A stretch of 57,417 nucleotides of DNA from positions 1 to 57,417 of the forward strand of contig JAPOOC010000007.1 in the NCBI GenBank assembly GCA_026713605.1, given 5' to 3'. The translations under genes were made by a program, and so were the position numbers. Positions 18,545-28,473 of this stretch are shown here, piece by piece. The notes under the pieces were generated by a model. It was not told the DNA's origin, searched no databases, and saw nothing but the letters and a program-made list of their open reading frames with translations. This DNA comes from Candidatus Kaiserbacteria bacterium (GTDB lineage Bacteria > Patescibacteriota > Minisyncoccia > Phycocordibacterales > JABAAK01). Numbering within the stretch: position 1 is the first letter of the stretch; each line of letters begins with the position of its first letter.

Positions 18545-20316
18545 GGAATTTTTCAATCATCGCACATGTGGATCATGGGAAGTCAACCCTTGCCGATCGC
18601 CTGCTTGAGCATACGGGGACAATAGAGAAACGAAAAATGCAGGAGCAGGTACTGGATCGGATGGATATAGAGCGAGAGCGAGGAATCACCATCAAGATGC
18701 AGCCAGTATCACTTGCGTATCAGCAGGACGGCGTGTCATACATGCTAAACATCATTGACACGCCAGGACACATAGATTTTTCGTACGAAGTGTCACGATC
18801 GTTGCGCGCGGTGGAGGGAGTGCTATTGCTGGTTGATGCAACGCAGGGGGTGCAGGCACAAACACTATCAGTGTTGGAGATGGCACAAGAACTCAATCTG
18901 GTGATTATACCGGTACTAACAAAGATAGATATGGGGCATGCTCGCACAGACGAGGTGTCGCTTGAGGTCGCTGACCTGCTCGACTGCAATCCAGATGAGG
19001 TGCTGCTCGTTTCTGGAAAAACAGGTGAGGGCATAGAAGAGCTGCTACGAGTAATTATCAAGAAGTTTCCTGCGCCGCAACAAGACACCGCAACAGACGC
19101 ACGCGCGTTGGTATTTGATTTTTCATACACAAATCACACTGGTGTCAATGCGTTCGCGCGAGTATTCGGCGGCTCATTCAAAAAAGGTGAACGATTAGTG
19201 TTGCGGGAGATTAACACCGCGTTTTCACTAAAAGATGTCGGGGTATTCAAGCCAGATATGGTATCTGCTGAATCTATAGAAAAAGGAATGATAGGATACT
19301 TTACGACCGGCATTAAAGAGCCGGGTATCGCGGTCGTTGGAGACACAATTACCCGTGCGCAAGCAAAAACGGAGCCATTCCCAGGGTATCAGGAAGCAGT
19401 GCCAGTGATATGGGTGTCGCTCTACCCACAAGACGCAAACGATTATAACACCCTACATCACACCCTGCAGGAGATGCGATTAGTAGATGCGGCGTTTACT
19501 TACGAAGAGGAGCGATCAACAGCGTTAGGGAAGGGATTTCGATGTGGATTTTTAGGAATGCTACATTTTGAGATTATCACCGAACGGGTGCGTCGACAGG
19601 CGGGGATAGAATTAGTAGTCACCGCGCCGAGTACTGATTTCATCATCACAAAGAAGGGGGGTGAAACAATGGTTATTGCGACCCCTGCCAAGTTCCCTGA
19701 TAAACACGAAATAGAATCGGTAACCGAACCATGGGTAGCAGTAGACATCATTGCCCCAGCAGAGCAGGTGCCAGCACTGTCACAACTTATAGGAGAGTAT
19801 GAGGGGTTTGTGCTGCAGGTGAATGATTTTAAAAATAACCGGTGTATTGTACAGGGTGAAATGCCATTGCGAGAAATGATGCGACAGTTTTTTGACAAAC
19901 TAAAGAGTATAAGTTCCGGATATGCATCGTTATCGTACAAGCGAATCGGGAGCCGGGAAGCAGATGTGACACGACTGGATATTCTACTCGCCGAAGAGGA
20001 GTTTCCAGCATTCGCAAGTATTGTGTCACGAGTGCGTGGCGAACGGGAAGCGCGAGAATTGGTAAGCACTTTACATGAAACCATACCTCGCGCGCTATTT
20101 GTAATTAAAATACAAGCAAAGATGGATGGACGCATTGTCGCCTCAAAAACACTCCCTGCCCTCCGCAAGGATGTAACAGCGAAACTCTACGGTGGCGACA
20201 TAACTCGAAAAATGAAGTTGCGCGAAAAACAAAAGAAAGGAAAACAAAAGATGGGAGCGGCAGGGCGAGTAACCGTATCGCACGATACCTTTCTCAAGGT
20301 GGTACAGAGGCGGTAA
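18532..20316 (+). CDS. lepA: Translation elongation factor 4
   Basis: [51 protein letters not shown]. Confidence 0.98.
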   Translation: [594 protein letters not shown]

Positions 20317-20333
20317 CGCAAAATTTTTTATCA

Positions 20334-21128
20334 TTACAACACAATAGAGATCGGACAGTGATCAGAGCCGAAGATGTTTTGATGAATAGCCGCTGATGTT
20401 ATTTTTTTGTCAGTACTCGGATCTACCAAAAGGTAGTCAAGTCGCCACCCTTCGTTAACATCACGAGGTTTAGTACCACGAGGGAGTGAGAAACTAAAGT
20501 TGTCCCAGTAGGTATACGCCCCTTCTTGGTTTGGATTGCGACTGCGATAGGTGTCCATAAGTCCTGCTACGATAAGTTTTTCCATATGAGAACGGACCTC
20601 ATCATTGAAGTGGGTGTGACCTCGGTGTTTCTCTGGTTTAGCAAGGTCAAATTCACTGCGAGCTACATTGAAGTCGCCGCCAACGATGACCCGGTAACCA
20701 TCTTTTTGCAATTTTTTCACATAGTTTGCGAGGGTGGTGAGAAATTGCAATTTTTCTTGATATGCCTCCTCCGACTTCCCGCCATTCGGAACATAAACCG
20801 TAATAACTATCTTCTTGCCAGCAAACTCACATTGCGCTACGCGTCCCTCAGTGTCCTTCCAGTTCGGCATACCTTTTGAGAAGTCCCGCATAATTTTTTT
20901 ATTACGACTGTGTACCCATATCGCCGTCCCAGAATAACCAGCTTTCTCTGCTGAGTGATAAAAATGCGTGTAATTCGGATCCGGCAATGCTTCAGGCAAC
21001 TGCTCTTCTTTCACTTTTATCTCTTGAAACAACAAAACATCCGGATCCTCCTTCTTAATAAACCGCGCAAGTGCACCTTTATTGTGCACCGCCCGCAGAC
21101 CATTGACATTCCAAGAGTACACTTTCAT
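20334..21128 (-). CDS. xth: Exodeoxyribonuclease III
   Basis: SWNVNGLRA, LFQEIK, YSGTAI, GGDFNVA, GWRLDY, GSDHCP. Confidence 0.96.
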   Translation of the reverse strand: MKVYSWNVNGLRAVHNKGALARFIKKEDPDVLLFQEIKVKEEQLPEALPDPNYTHFYHSAEKAGYSGTAIWVHSRNKKIMRDFSKGMPNWKDTEGRVAQCEFAGKKIVITVYVPNGGKSEEAYQEKLQFLTTLANYVKKLQKDGYRVIVGGDFNVARSEFDLAKPEKHRGHTHFNDEVRSHMEKLIVAGLMDTYRSRNPNQEGAYTYWDNFSFSLPRGTKPRDVNEGWRLDYLLVDPSTDKKITSAAIHQNIFGSDHCPISIVL

Positions 21129-21180
21129 AATTGCAGTATACACCGTTGTGTGGTACACTTTCTCACAAGAAGGGCTATAC

Positions 21181-21372
21181 ATGGATAGATTTCAAGCGTT
21201 TCGGGCATATGCGGAGGAAGGTCTCCTGTGTGGCATAAAAGGCACAGAGTCCGATCAGGATTTCTTTTTTCGGCTACATGCAATGGGTATGAGCAACATG
21301 GTATGCTTATTACGCTTACTATGGTATATGACTCTTCTATTGAAGAAGAGTTTGAAATCCTTGAAGAATTAG
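21181..21372 (+). CDS. Possible small hypothetical protein
   Basis: ATG 21181 is divergent from xth. An overlapping -1 frame ending at 21377 looks equally plausible. Confidence 0.3.
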   Translation: MDRFQAFRAYAEEGLLCGIKGTESDQDFFFRLHAMGMSNMVCLLRLLWYMTLLLKKSLKSLKN

Positions 21373-21398
21373 TATGAGTATGAACGGAGGTAGTACAC

Positions 21399-21611
21399 AT
21401 GTATCCCACAGTCGCCCCCAGCACCGTTGCCGTGCCGATGGAGATTTGGATAGCAAGACGCTCGGCACTGCTTGAATATTTGATTTATTATGCGTCTGAT
21501 GAGCTATTTGATACATTTGCACAAATGACCTATGAGGAATACGAAAGCATGATTTCTCATCGGCACCACATCGGCAACCCGCAATCTCTCTCTGCATCTA
21601 TCGCAGTATGA
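21399..21611 (+). CDS. Small hypothetical protein (70 aa)
   Basis: GGAGG 8 nt before the ATG; followed by a strong hairpin. Confidence 0.5.
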   Translation: MYPTVAPSTVAVPMEIWIARRSALLEYLIYYASDELFDTFAQMTYEEYESMISHRHHIGNPQSLSASIAV

Positions 21612-21620
21612 GGTCAGGAA

Positions 21621-21654
21621 AAAAGAACAAAACGAAATCTCGTTTTGTTCTTTT
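21621..21654. terminator. Bidirectional terminator between convergent genes
   Basis: Perfect 15-bp stem AAAAGAACAAAACGA-AATC-TCGTTTTGTTCTTTT overlapping the Xer stop codon. Confidence 0.8.
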
Positions 21655-22522
21655 ATTTTGGTCTTTGGTGAAAATATTTATGCACCTCTTTAAGTTGCTT
21701 ATTAGTAATGTGGGTGTAAACCTGAGTAGTCTGAATGTTACTATGCCCAAGCATCTCCTGAACGGATCGAATATCCGCACCGTTTGCAAGAAGGGTGGTG
21801 GCGAACATGTGCCGGAGAATGTGCGGGGTTACCTTTTTTGAAATGCCGGCCTGGCGGGCGCGATTAGCAATAATGCGTTCTATGGTGCGAGTGGTAAGGT
21901 GTCCGGCGCCCCTTGCCCCAGCAAAGAGAGCGGGGGACATATCTTTTCGCTTGCTGCGGTAGGTGTGAATTGCTACTATTGCTGGATCAGAAAAAAATAC
22001 CACCCGCACCTTTTCACCTTTGCCGCGAACAGGTATCTCTTTCGCTGTCAGGTCAATATCCCGCTTAAGTGCCACCAACTCTGACACCCGGAGCCCTGTC
22101 GAAAACAAAGTTTCAATGATCGCACGGTCTCGGAGGTCTCGGAGGTGTTCCCCGTCCGTCGCCTTAAACAACCGTTTCAGCTCATCGGTGGTAATAACAT
22201 CAATTTCCCTGGTACCGGTTTTTGCCAGCACCACCGCATTCGGTGAAAGACAAGTCCTACCAGTTGTTTCCAGATACTTCAAGAACATCCGCAACGCGAT
22301 GAGGTAGTAGTTCTGCGTCGTCTTTTTAAGATTACCCTTGCGATTCAATTTCAAGCGAAAGGAGTGTACCATCGGCTCAGTGATATCAGTAATCTGTTTC
22401 ACACCGGTAAGGTTGGCAAACTGACTCAAGTAGCGGTCATAATTTTCCACGGTCTTTAAGGACCTCCCCAGCCCCAACTCAATATGTTCCAAAAAAAGGT
22501 GTTTTGCTTGAGCGAACTTCAC
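21653..22522 (-). CDS. Xer-type tyrosine recombinase
   Basis: STGLRVSE, VRGKGEK, HILRH, LGHS, TQVY catalytic set; 289 aa; no integron-integrase insertion seen. Confidence 0.93.
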   Translation of the reverse strand: MKFAQAKHLFLEHIELGLGRSLKTVENYDRYLSQFANLTGVKQITDITEPMVHSFRLKLNRKGNLKKTTQNYYLIALRMFLKYLETTGRTCLSPNAVVLAKTGTREIDVITTDELKRLFKATDGEHLRDLRDRAIIETLFSTGLRVSELVALKRDIDLTAKEIPVRGKGEKVRVVFFSDPAIVAIHTYRSKRKDMSPALFAGARGAGHLTTRTIERIIANRARQAGISKKVTPHILRHMFATTLLANGADIRSVQEMLGHSNIQTTQVYTHITNKQLKEVHKYFHQRPK

Positions 22523-22600
22523 ACCTCCATTATGCGCCTTTCTACAAAAACCAGAGATATTTTCCTCAACTTGACTTTTATAAATAATATAGTATCGTTT

Positions 22601-22629
22601 TTGACAACATGAAGAAAAAATAGTATAAT
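22601..22629 (+). promoter_or_regulatory. Consensus sigma70 promoter
   Basis: TTGACA (22601-22606), 17-nt spacer, TATAAT (22624-22629); AGGAGG at 22668-22673. Confidence 0.85.
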
Positions 22630-22680
22630 AAAAACCGGTATAATTTTATTCTAAAAAAACAAGAAAGAGGAGGAGAGAAA

Positions 22681-23364
22681 ATGAAAAAAATGATTCTTCT
22701 GCTAATAGCGATCACGCTACTAGCAGTCAACACCTCACCAACTCTGGCACAAAACAATGTGTCAGCTGGGCTAGGGATGACAACCGCAGAGGTACATCCG
22801 ACAGTCCCGAAGGTGATTTTTGAAGGGCTCACGACAGATCTAAACGTGAGCTTCTCAAAATCACTATTCGAGACAGAATTTGGGCAGCAGATATCAATGC
22901 TGGGACACATCCCGGCAGAAGGCGGGGTGGCGCTACAAAGCACCATCCTCTTGTCAAGGGTCGGAAGAAAGATCTATGGCGAATCTACTATTTCGGTAGA
23001 AAACGCCATACACTACTTCCACGACGGGGAGAAATCGTCGTTGAGAGGGATTGCAACACAAGCATCCCTCTCGACACATGGAGGGTTGACAATAAAGTCA
23101 ATCCTCAGCAATACCCTCGCCGACAGAAAAATCCTGCTCGGGATTGAGCGGGAAGGAGAGGTGTTGTTTTGCAATGCCTCCATCGAGGTGATGATGGAGA
23201 AAGGTGCATCCCTACACCTTTCGCCCATCGTAAAAGGGGAGGTGTCGAGGGATATCAAAAGTGGAGTATTGACCCTCGGCACGATGATTAGAGAGTCGAA
23301 GCAGAGTATCTATCTCAGCTTCGGCATAAATATTCCGTCATTCAAAGGTCTTTTAGAAGAATAA
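22681..23364 (+). CDS. Secreted hypothetical protein, beta-strand rich
   Basis: Signal peptide MKKMILLLIAITLLAVNTSPTLA-Q; alternating amphipathic strands, last one SIYLSFGINIP. Confidence 0.8.
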   Translation: MKKMILLLIAITLLAVNTSPTLAQNNVSAGLGMTTAEVHPTVPKVIFEGLTTDLNVSFSKSLFETEFGQQISMLGHIPAEGGVALQSTILLSRVGRKIYGESTISVENAIHYFHDGEKSSLRGIATQASLSTHGGLTIKSILSNTLADRKILLGIEREGEVLFCNASIEVMMEKGASLHLSPIVKGEVSRDIKSGVLTLGTMIRESKQSIYLSFGINIPSFKGLLEE

Positions 23365-23378
23365 AGGTGACGGAATAC

Positions 23379-23408
23379 AAAACCGCAACAATGTGTTGCG
23401 GTTTTTTT
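23379..23408 (+). terminator. Rho-independent terminator
   Basis: AAAACCGCAACA-ATG-TGTTGCGGTTTT followed by a T run. Confidence 0.9.
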
Positions 23409-23475
23409 ATAGCACAGGTAAGTGTGGCGCGGAAAAACACTTGTGAAGCGCATAATCACCCTGTATACTATATAC

Positions 23476-23742
23476 ATGCTTACGAAGGAGGAAAAACAAA
23501 AGCAAATTGAAGCAGCAAGGATGCATGACTCGGATACCGGATCATCTGCCGTGCAGGTTTCTATATTGTCAAGCCGTATTCAGCAGATGAATAACCATCT
23601 GAAAAATAACCATAAAGATAGACACTCCCGTCGGGGACTTGTTGGGCTTGTGGAGCAACGGCGTAAGCACCTTTCTTATATAAAAAGGAAGAACTCTAAG
23701 CTATACGAGAGCATTGTTGAGAAACTCGGCTTACGAAAATAA
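23476..23742 (+). CDS. rpsO: 30S ribosomal protein S15
   Basis: HDSDTGSSAVQV, KDRHSRRGLVGLVEQRRKHL, LGLRK. Confidence 0.97.
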   Translation: MLTKEEKQKQIEAARMHDSDTGSSAVQVSILSSRIQQMNNHLKNNHKDRHSRRGLVGLVEQRRKHLSYIKRKNSKLYESIVEKLGLRK

Positions 23743-23902
23743 GGGGAAGTTTTTACCAATTGGACACGAGCAAAAGGTTTTACAGTCATATTGCGTTACT
23801 GATACGAAAGCATTGTATTGTTTCTGTTTTACAAACTACCTACAATATTTTACAACAGAGATGCTCTTTGAAGCATAATTAGTTATATTAAATTCTTTTA
23901 CT

Positions 23903-24409
23903 ATGGTAATAATAAAACACGCCAATCAACGGGTTGGCATATTTTTAGATGTACAAAATCTGTACCACAGCGCAAAAAATTTGTACGGTGCTCGAGTAAA
24001 CTTTGAAGCAGTGGTGAAAAACATCGTTGCTAGCCGAACGCTCATTCGTGCAATTGCGTATGTAATACACACCGAATCCGGTGATGAGACCGCTTTTCTT
24101 GAAGCACTGGTGAATATGGGAATAGAAACCAGGAGCAAGGAATTGCAGGTCTTTAAAGACAACGCTAAAAAGGCGGACTGGGATGTCGGACTCGCCGTTG
24201 ACATGATCGGACTGGCTCCGAAACTAGATGTTATCGCGCTGGTTTCTGGGGATGGCGACTTTGTCCCGGCGCTGGGATATGTAAAAAAATTCGGTTGTCA
24301 GGTTGAGGTGGTCGCATTCGGCAAAACCTGCTCACAAAAATTGCAAGAATCAGCCGATGACTTTGTGGACCTATGCGCCTCCAAAAAATACCTTATTCGC
24401 ACCCGTTAG
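23903..24409 (+). CDS. NYN-domain (LabA/DUF88, PIN-like) protein
   Basis: IFLDVQNLY, KADWDVGLAVD, LVSGDGDFVP. Confidence 0.9.
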   Translation: MVIIKHANQRVGIFLDVQNLYHSAKNLYGARVNFEAVVKNIVASRTLIRAIAYVIHTESGDETAFLEALVNMGIETRSKELQVFKDNAKKADWDVGLAVDMIGLAPKLDVIALVSGDGDFVPALGYVKKFGCQVEVVAFGKTCSQKLQESADDFVDLCASKKYLIRTR

Positions 24410-24427
24410 CGGTATACTAAAATACAT

Positions 24428-26632
24428 ATGCAACAAAAAAATTCATTTACTACCACCATCAACGATGTTACGATAACCACAACCTTTACTGATCTCGCTG
24501 AAAACGCAGGAGGGTCTGTATTCGTTGAGGCCGGAGACACCGTCGTATTTGTGTCAGCAACAATGTCTGAGCACGAAGCATCACAGGATTACTTTCCGCT
24601 CTCTGTTGAGTTTGAGGAACGATTTTACTCAGTTGGCGCAATATTAGGAAGTCGGTTTGTGCGACGGGAGGGGCGACCGTCGCAGGAGGCAGTACTAAAT
24701 GCGCGAATCATAGACCGAACGATTCGCCCCCTCTTCCCAAAGGCACTACACAACGAGGTACAGGTTGTGGCGATGGTGCTATCGCTTGGTTCGTACAACC
24801 CTGATGTACTTGCAGTCATGGGTGCGTCACTTGCCCTCGGCACCTCATCCATCCCTTGGAACGGACCAGTATCTGCAGTTCGATTCTCACAAAGCACAGA
24901 TGGTTGGCAACCATTCACCAACTTTGAAGAAGCAAAAGATCTGCCCGATCACATACTGCTCTGCGGCAAAGAAGAAAAGATTACGATGATAGAGATGGAA
25001 GGGAAGGAGGTTGCAGAAGAACAGGTTGCGCAGGTAGGCGAACAGGCGATGCACATTCTCGCTGACCTCCAAAAGTTCCAGCAAGAGGTGATTGCCCAAA
25101 TCGGACGGAAGAAACAGGAGGCACCCATTGTTGAGCTGTCCGATGCAGCAAAGAATATCTTTGACACCGCTATTAGCTCAAAAATAAAGCAAGCAATGTT
25201 TTCCTCTGAAGGAAGTGTAGAGGCGGTACAGGAAGAGTGGCGAAAACTACTTGAAGAAAAAGAAATCACTGATGATAAGAAGGTCGTTGATGGCTACTTT
25301 GAAGATATGGTTGATGAACTGGTACACACTGAGGCGGTTGAAAACGGTCGGCGTGCTGATGAACGAGGTATGGACGAAGTACGACCATTGTACACACAGG
25401 CAGGCGGCATATCCGCCCGCCTACATGGCAGTGGCATATTCTATCGAGGCGGCACGCATGTATTCACTGCATTGACACTCGGTAGTCCAGGAGACGCGCT
25501 GTCGCTCAACACCATAGAAGATCCTGAAACCGATGAACGATTTATGCACCACTATAACTTCCCTCCATACTCTACTGGTGAAGTCGGACGAATTGGCAGT
25601 CCAAAGCGACGAGAAATAGGGCATGGCGCACTTGCTGAGAAAGCATTGCGGAATGTACTGCCGTCACAGGACGATTTCCCATACACAATGCGATTAGTGT
25701 CAGAGTGCTTCGCATCTAACGGCTCAACTTCTATGGGGTCTGTATGCGCGTCTACCCTCGCACTAATGGACGGTGGCGTACCAATCCTTGCGCCGGTTGC
25801 CGGTATTGCCATCGGACTCATGCAAAAAGGGGATAAGTATGTGCTACTCACTGATATACAAGGTCCAGAAGATCATCACGGCGCTATGGACTTCAAGGTT
25901 GCCGGAACAAAAAACGGCATCACAGCAATACAGATGGATGTAAAAATTGAAGGCATCACGCTTGCCATCCTTGCCGAGGCACTGGAAAGAGGAAGGGCGG
26001 CACGACTACACATCCTTGAGGCCATCACCAAGGAATTACCCGAGTCGCGCGCATCGCTATCCCCACACGCACCACATATAGAGACCCTCACCATTGATCC
26101 AGAATGTATCGGCATGGTTATTGGAACTGGCGGCAAAACTATCAAACAGTTGCGTACTGACACGGGCGTTGACAGCATTGACATTGAGGACGATGGCACG
26201 GTCTCAGTAAGCGGTAGTAAAGATGCGGTTGCCTCCGCCATAGAAAAAATACATGCCATGACCCGCTCGTTTGAGGTTGGCGACACTGTTGACGATGCAG
26301 TCATCAAAAACATCACCGACTTTGGAGCATTTGCAGAACTATCCCCCAGCAAAGATGGTATGATACATGTTTCCGAGTTTTCTCCACAGCGCATAGACAC
26401 CGTTGCCAGCGTCGTCTCCCCGGGTGACACCGTGCCAGTCATTGTGAAAGAAGTCCGTCCCGACGGACGCATCGCTCTCAGCGTCAAAGACAGAGACCCG
26501 TCATTCTTTGATGCGGTGCTACAAAACACGGATCGATCAGATACCCGTTCACACAACAAGCACCGCCACAACGACAGAGGAAAAGGAAGAAAATTTTTCG
26601 GTGGTAGAAATAAAAAACAGAGACGACAATAG
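24428..26632 (+). CDS. pnp: Polyribonucleotide nucleotidyltransferase
   Basis: RREGRPS, HYNFPPYSTGE, SNGSTSMGSVC, DFKVAGT, KH and S1 domains. Confidence 0.98.
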   Translation: MQQKNSFTTTINDVTITTTFTDLAENAGGSVFVEAGDTVVFVSATMSEHEASQDYFPLSVEFEERFYSVGAILGSRFVRREGRPSQEAVLNARIIDRTIRPLFPKALHNEVQVVAMVLSLGSYNPDVLAVMGASLALGTSSIPWNGPVSAVRFSQSTDGWQPFTNFEEAKDLPDHILLCGKEEKITMIEMEGKEVAEEQVAQVGEQAMHILADLQKFQQEVIAQIGRKKQEAPIVELSDAAKNIFDTAISSKIKQAMFSSEGSVEAVQEEWRKLLEEKEITDDKKVVDGYFEDMVDELVHTEAVENGRRADERGMDEVRPLYTQAGGISARLHGSGIFYRGGTHVFTALTLGSPGDALSLNTIEDPETDERFMHHYNFPPYSTGEVGRIGSPKRREIGHGALAEKALRNVLPSQDDFPYTMRLVSECFASNGSTSMGSVCASTLALMDGGVPILAPVAGIAIGLMQKGDKYVLLTDIQGPEDHHGAMDFKVAGTKNGITAIQMDVKIEGITLAILAEALERGRAARLHILEAITKELPESRASLSPHAPHIETLTIDPECIGMVIGTGGKTIKQLRTDTGVDSIDIEDDGTVSVSGSKDAVASAIEKIHAMTRSFEVGDTVDDAVIKNITDFGAFAELSPSKDGMIHVSEFSPQRIDTVASVVSPGDTVPVIVKEVRPDGRIALSVKDRDPSFFDAVLQNTDRSDTRSHNKHRHNDRGKGRKFFGGRNKKQRRQ

Positions 26633-26682
26633 CACCTTCCTCACTGCCGCACCGCACAAACACAAGGTATTATAAGTATGAT

Positions 26683-28419
26683 ATGGCACAGAACAAAAAA
26701 CAAGAACCTAAGGGTGTAAAATCCGATTCGCCTGTTCAGCAAAACAGCAAGATTACCACGGCAAAAAAAGGGGAGAAAAAAGATGGGGGGAGTAATAAGG
26801 TTGCTCCCGCACAACAACAAGAGACAGTTGATACTGCATCTATTGACGCACTGGGGGCTGATGCATCAGGTGCATTTATACGAAGCGGGGAGGTGGGTAA
26901 AAGTAAGAAAGGCGCGCCGAAGCAAAAAGTTTCTCCTAAAAATCCGCCAGAGAAAACCGCATCAAATAAGAGAGAAGGGTATGCCATACCAGTATTACGA
27001 ACCTATCACCACGACACCAGAAGCATCGCACAGACAAAAGGTGGTGCAGAACTGCGCACCATATTAGCAAAGGAGGCGGAGGAAAAACAACGCGCACGAA
27101 AAGAATATATCAAAAACACCAAAGACATTATGAAAGAGTCGGCGATATTGCGAGATAAGTATAGGAATGTCACGCAGGGAAAGCAAGTACCAGGTGCCAG
27201 TGTAGCAAAACCAGGCGCTGACGGCACTGCCGATGAACAGGAAGACATGATGCGTACACTGTCCAATGCGACCGAATATATGCGGTCCGCACAAGGCAAC
27301 ACGGTGGAGCAGGAAAAAGCACCATCGCAACAGGAGTCAAAAAAGACAGATGTGCCACCAAAGGAAAAATCAAAACAACCAAACCTCACGACACCAACAA
27401 CATCTCCGGAAGAGAAAGCGGGTGAGTCCACAGGCAGGCAAGAGCCGGAAGAGCAGATGAAAGAAAAAGAAGGGATATTTGCTCGTGTCTTGGGAAGGGC
27501 GCCTTCAAAGAATATTCTTACACAAGAGCAACGAGAGGAGTTGCGACAAAAACAGCAAGAATCTATTGAAAAAGAAGAGGTCAAAAATGCGTGGAAAAAT
27601 TTCAAACAGAAAAGAAAAAAATTACGAGAAATGGGAATGCGGGCACGAGATGTGCGGTCATACGCTGCATCTCCTGACGGGGAGTCAATACCAAACAAAC
27701 CGCTACAAAGGCAGAATATGCTGTTACTAGCCATTGTTTTTTTCCTCCTCGCCGGACTTCTGTTTTCTGTAATTTTTCTCGCACTGAACCCCACTGAGGA
27801 GCCGACCATCAATAACGCTATCACAACTGGTGCGTCACCAACAGCCGATGTGTTAAGTAGTGAAAATCAGGTGTCTATAGAGGTTACAGGTGCAGCAACA
27901 CTGCCGGATGCATGGCAGTCTATCACTGAAAAAGATGGCGGGCAAGACACGGTAACCAAGTATGTGCCGTACATAACGCAAGGTGAAGAAAAATCACAAC
28001 TCAGTTTTGAAGATTTTTCCCGCTCATTTGGCCCGCGTTTTCCGCCGGGGCTACAGAATGCGTTCAGCGACTATTACTTCGTGGGGAAATACCTGGGAGA
28101 AAGAGAAGCAAGCGGTATATTTATAGCTTCGGTAAAGAGGTACGGTGATGCATTTGTGTGGATGCGCAACTGGGAGAAAAATGCAATCAACGCCCTCTCA
28201 CCCATCTTCCCTGGCATGTTTCGTCAATCTAATATAAATAATGTTACCATTGAATCTCGTGTAATTGACAATCAAGATGTTCGTGTAATACGGAACACAC
28301 TCAGTCAAAATGAGATTCTATACTACTTCTTCGGCCGATCTATTCTGGTATTCATAGCCGGTGAAGAATCTACCATTCCACTTATAAATGCCCGCATCCG
28401 TTCGGCGAATGCTCTGTAG
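26683..28419 (+). CDS. Bitopic membrane protein with long low-complexity N-terminus
   Basis: 578 aa; charged/disordered N-terminal region with an LRTYHHD motif, one TM helix (LLLAIVFFLLAGLLFSVIFLAL), folded C-terminal domain. Confidence 0.75.
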   Translation: MAQNKKQEPKGVKSDSPVQQNSKITTAKKGEKKDGGSNKVAPAQQQETVDTASIDALGADASGAFIRSGEVGKSKKGAPKQKVSPKNPPEKTASNKREGYAIPVLRTYHHDTRSIAQTKGGAELRTILAKEAEEKQRARKEYIKNTKDIMKESAILRDKYRNVTQGKQVPGASVAKPGADGTADEQEDMMRTLSNATEYMRSAQGNTVEQEKAPSQQESKKTDVPPKEKSKQPNLTTPTTSPEEKAGESTGRQEPEEQMKEKEGIFARVLGRAPSKNILTQEQREELRQKQQESIEKEEVKNAWKNFKQKRKKLREMGMRARDVRSYAASPDGESIPNKPLQRQNMLLLAIVFFLLAGLLFSVIFLALNPTEEPTINNAITTGASPTADVLSSENQVSIEVTGAATLPDAWQSITEKDGGQDTVTKYVPYITQGEEKSQLSFEDFSRSFGPRFPPGLQNAFSDYYFVGKYLGEREASGIFIASVKRYGDAFVWMRNWEKNAINALSPIFPGMFRQSNINNVTIESRVIDNQDVRVIRNTLSQNEILYYFFGRSILVFIAGEESTIPLINARIRSANAL

Positions 28420-28473
28420 CACCAGATGCAGTAAGATTTCTATTTCGGCACAGAGATGTACTATAGTAAATAT

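Noticed and set aside
21653-23408. Integron (integrase plus cassette) interpretation
   Set aside because: The recombinase is Xer-sized with no IntI-specific insertion, and no attC-like sites were seen.
23865-23893. dif-like sequence GCATAA-TTAG-TTATATTAAAT about 1.3 kb from the Xer gene
   Set aside because: The right arm resembles the XerD site (TTATGTTAAAT), but the spacer is 4 bp rather than 6 and the left arm is poor. It lies in an AT-rich intergenic region where chance matches are likely.
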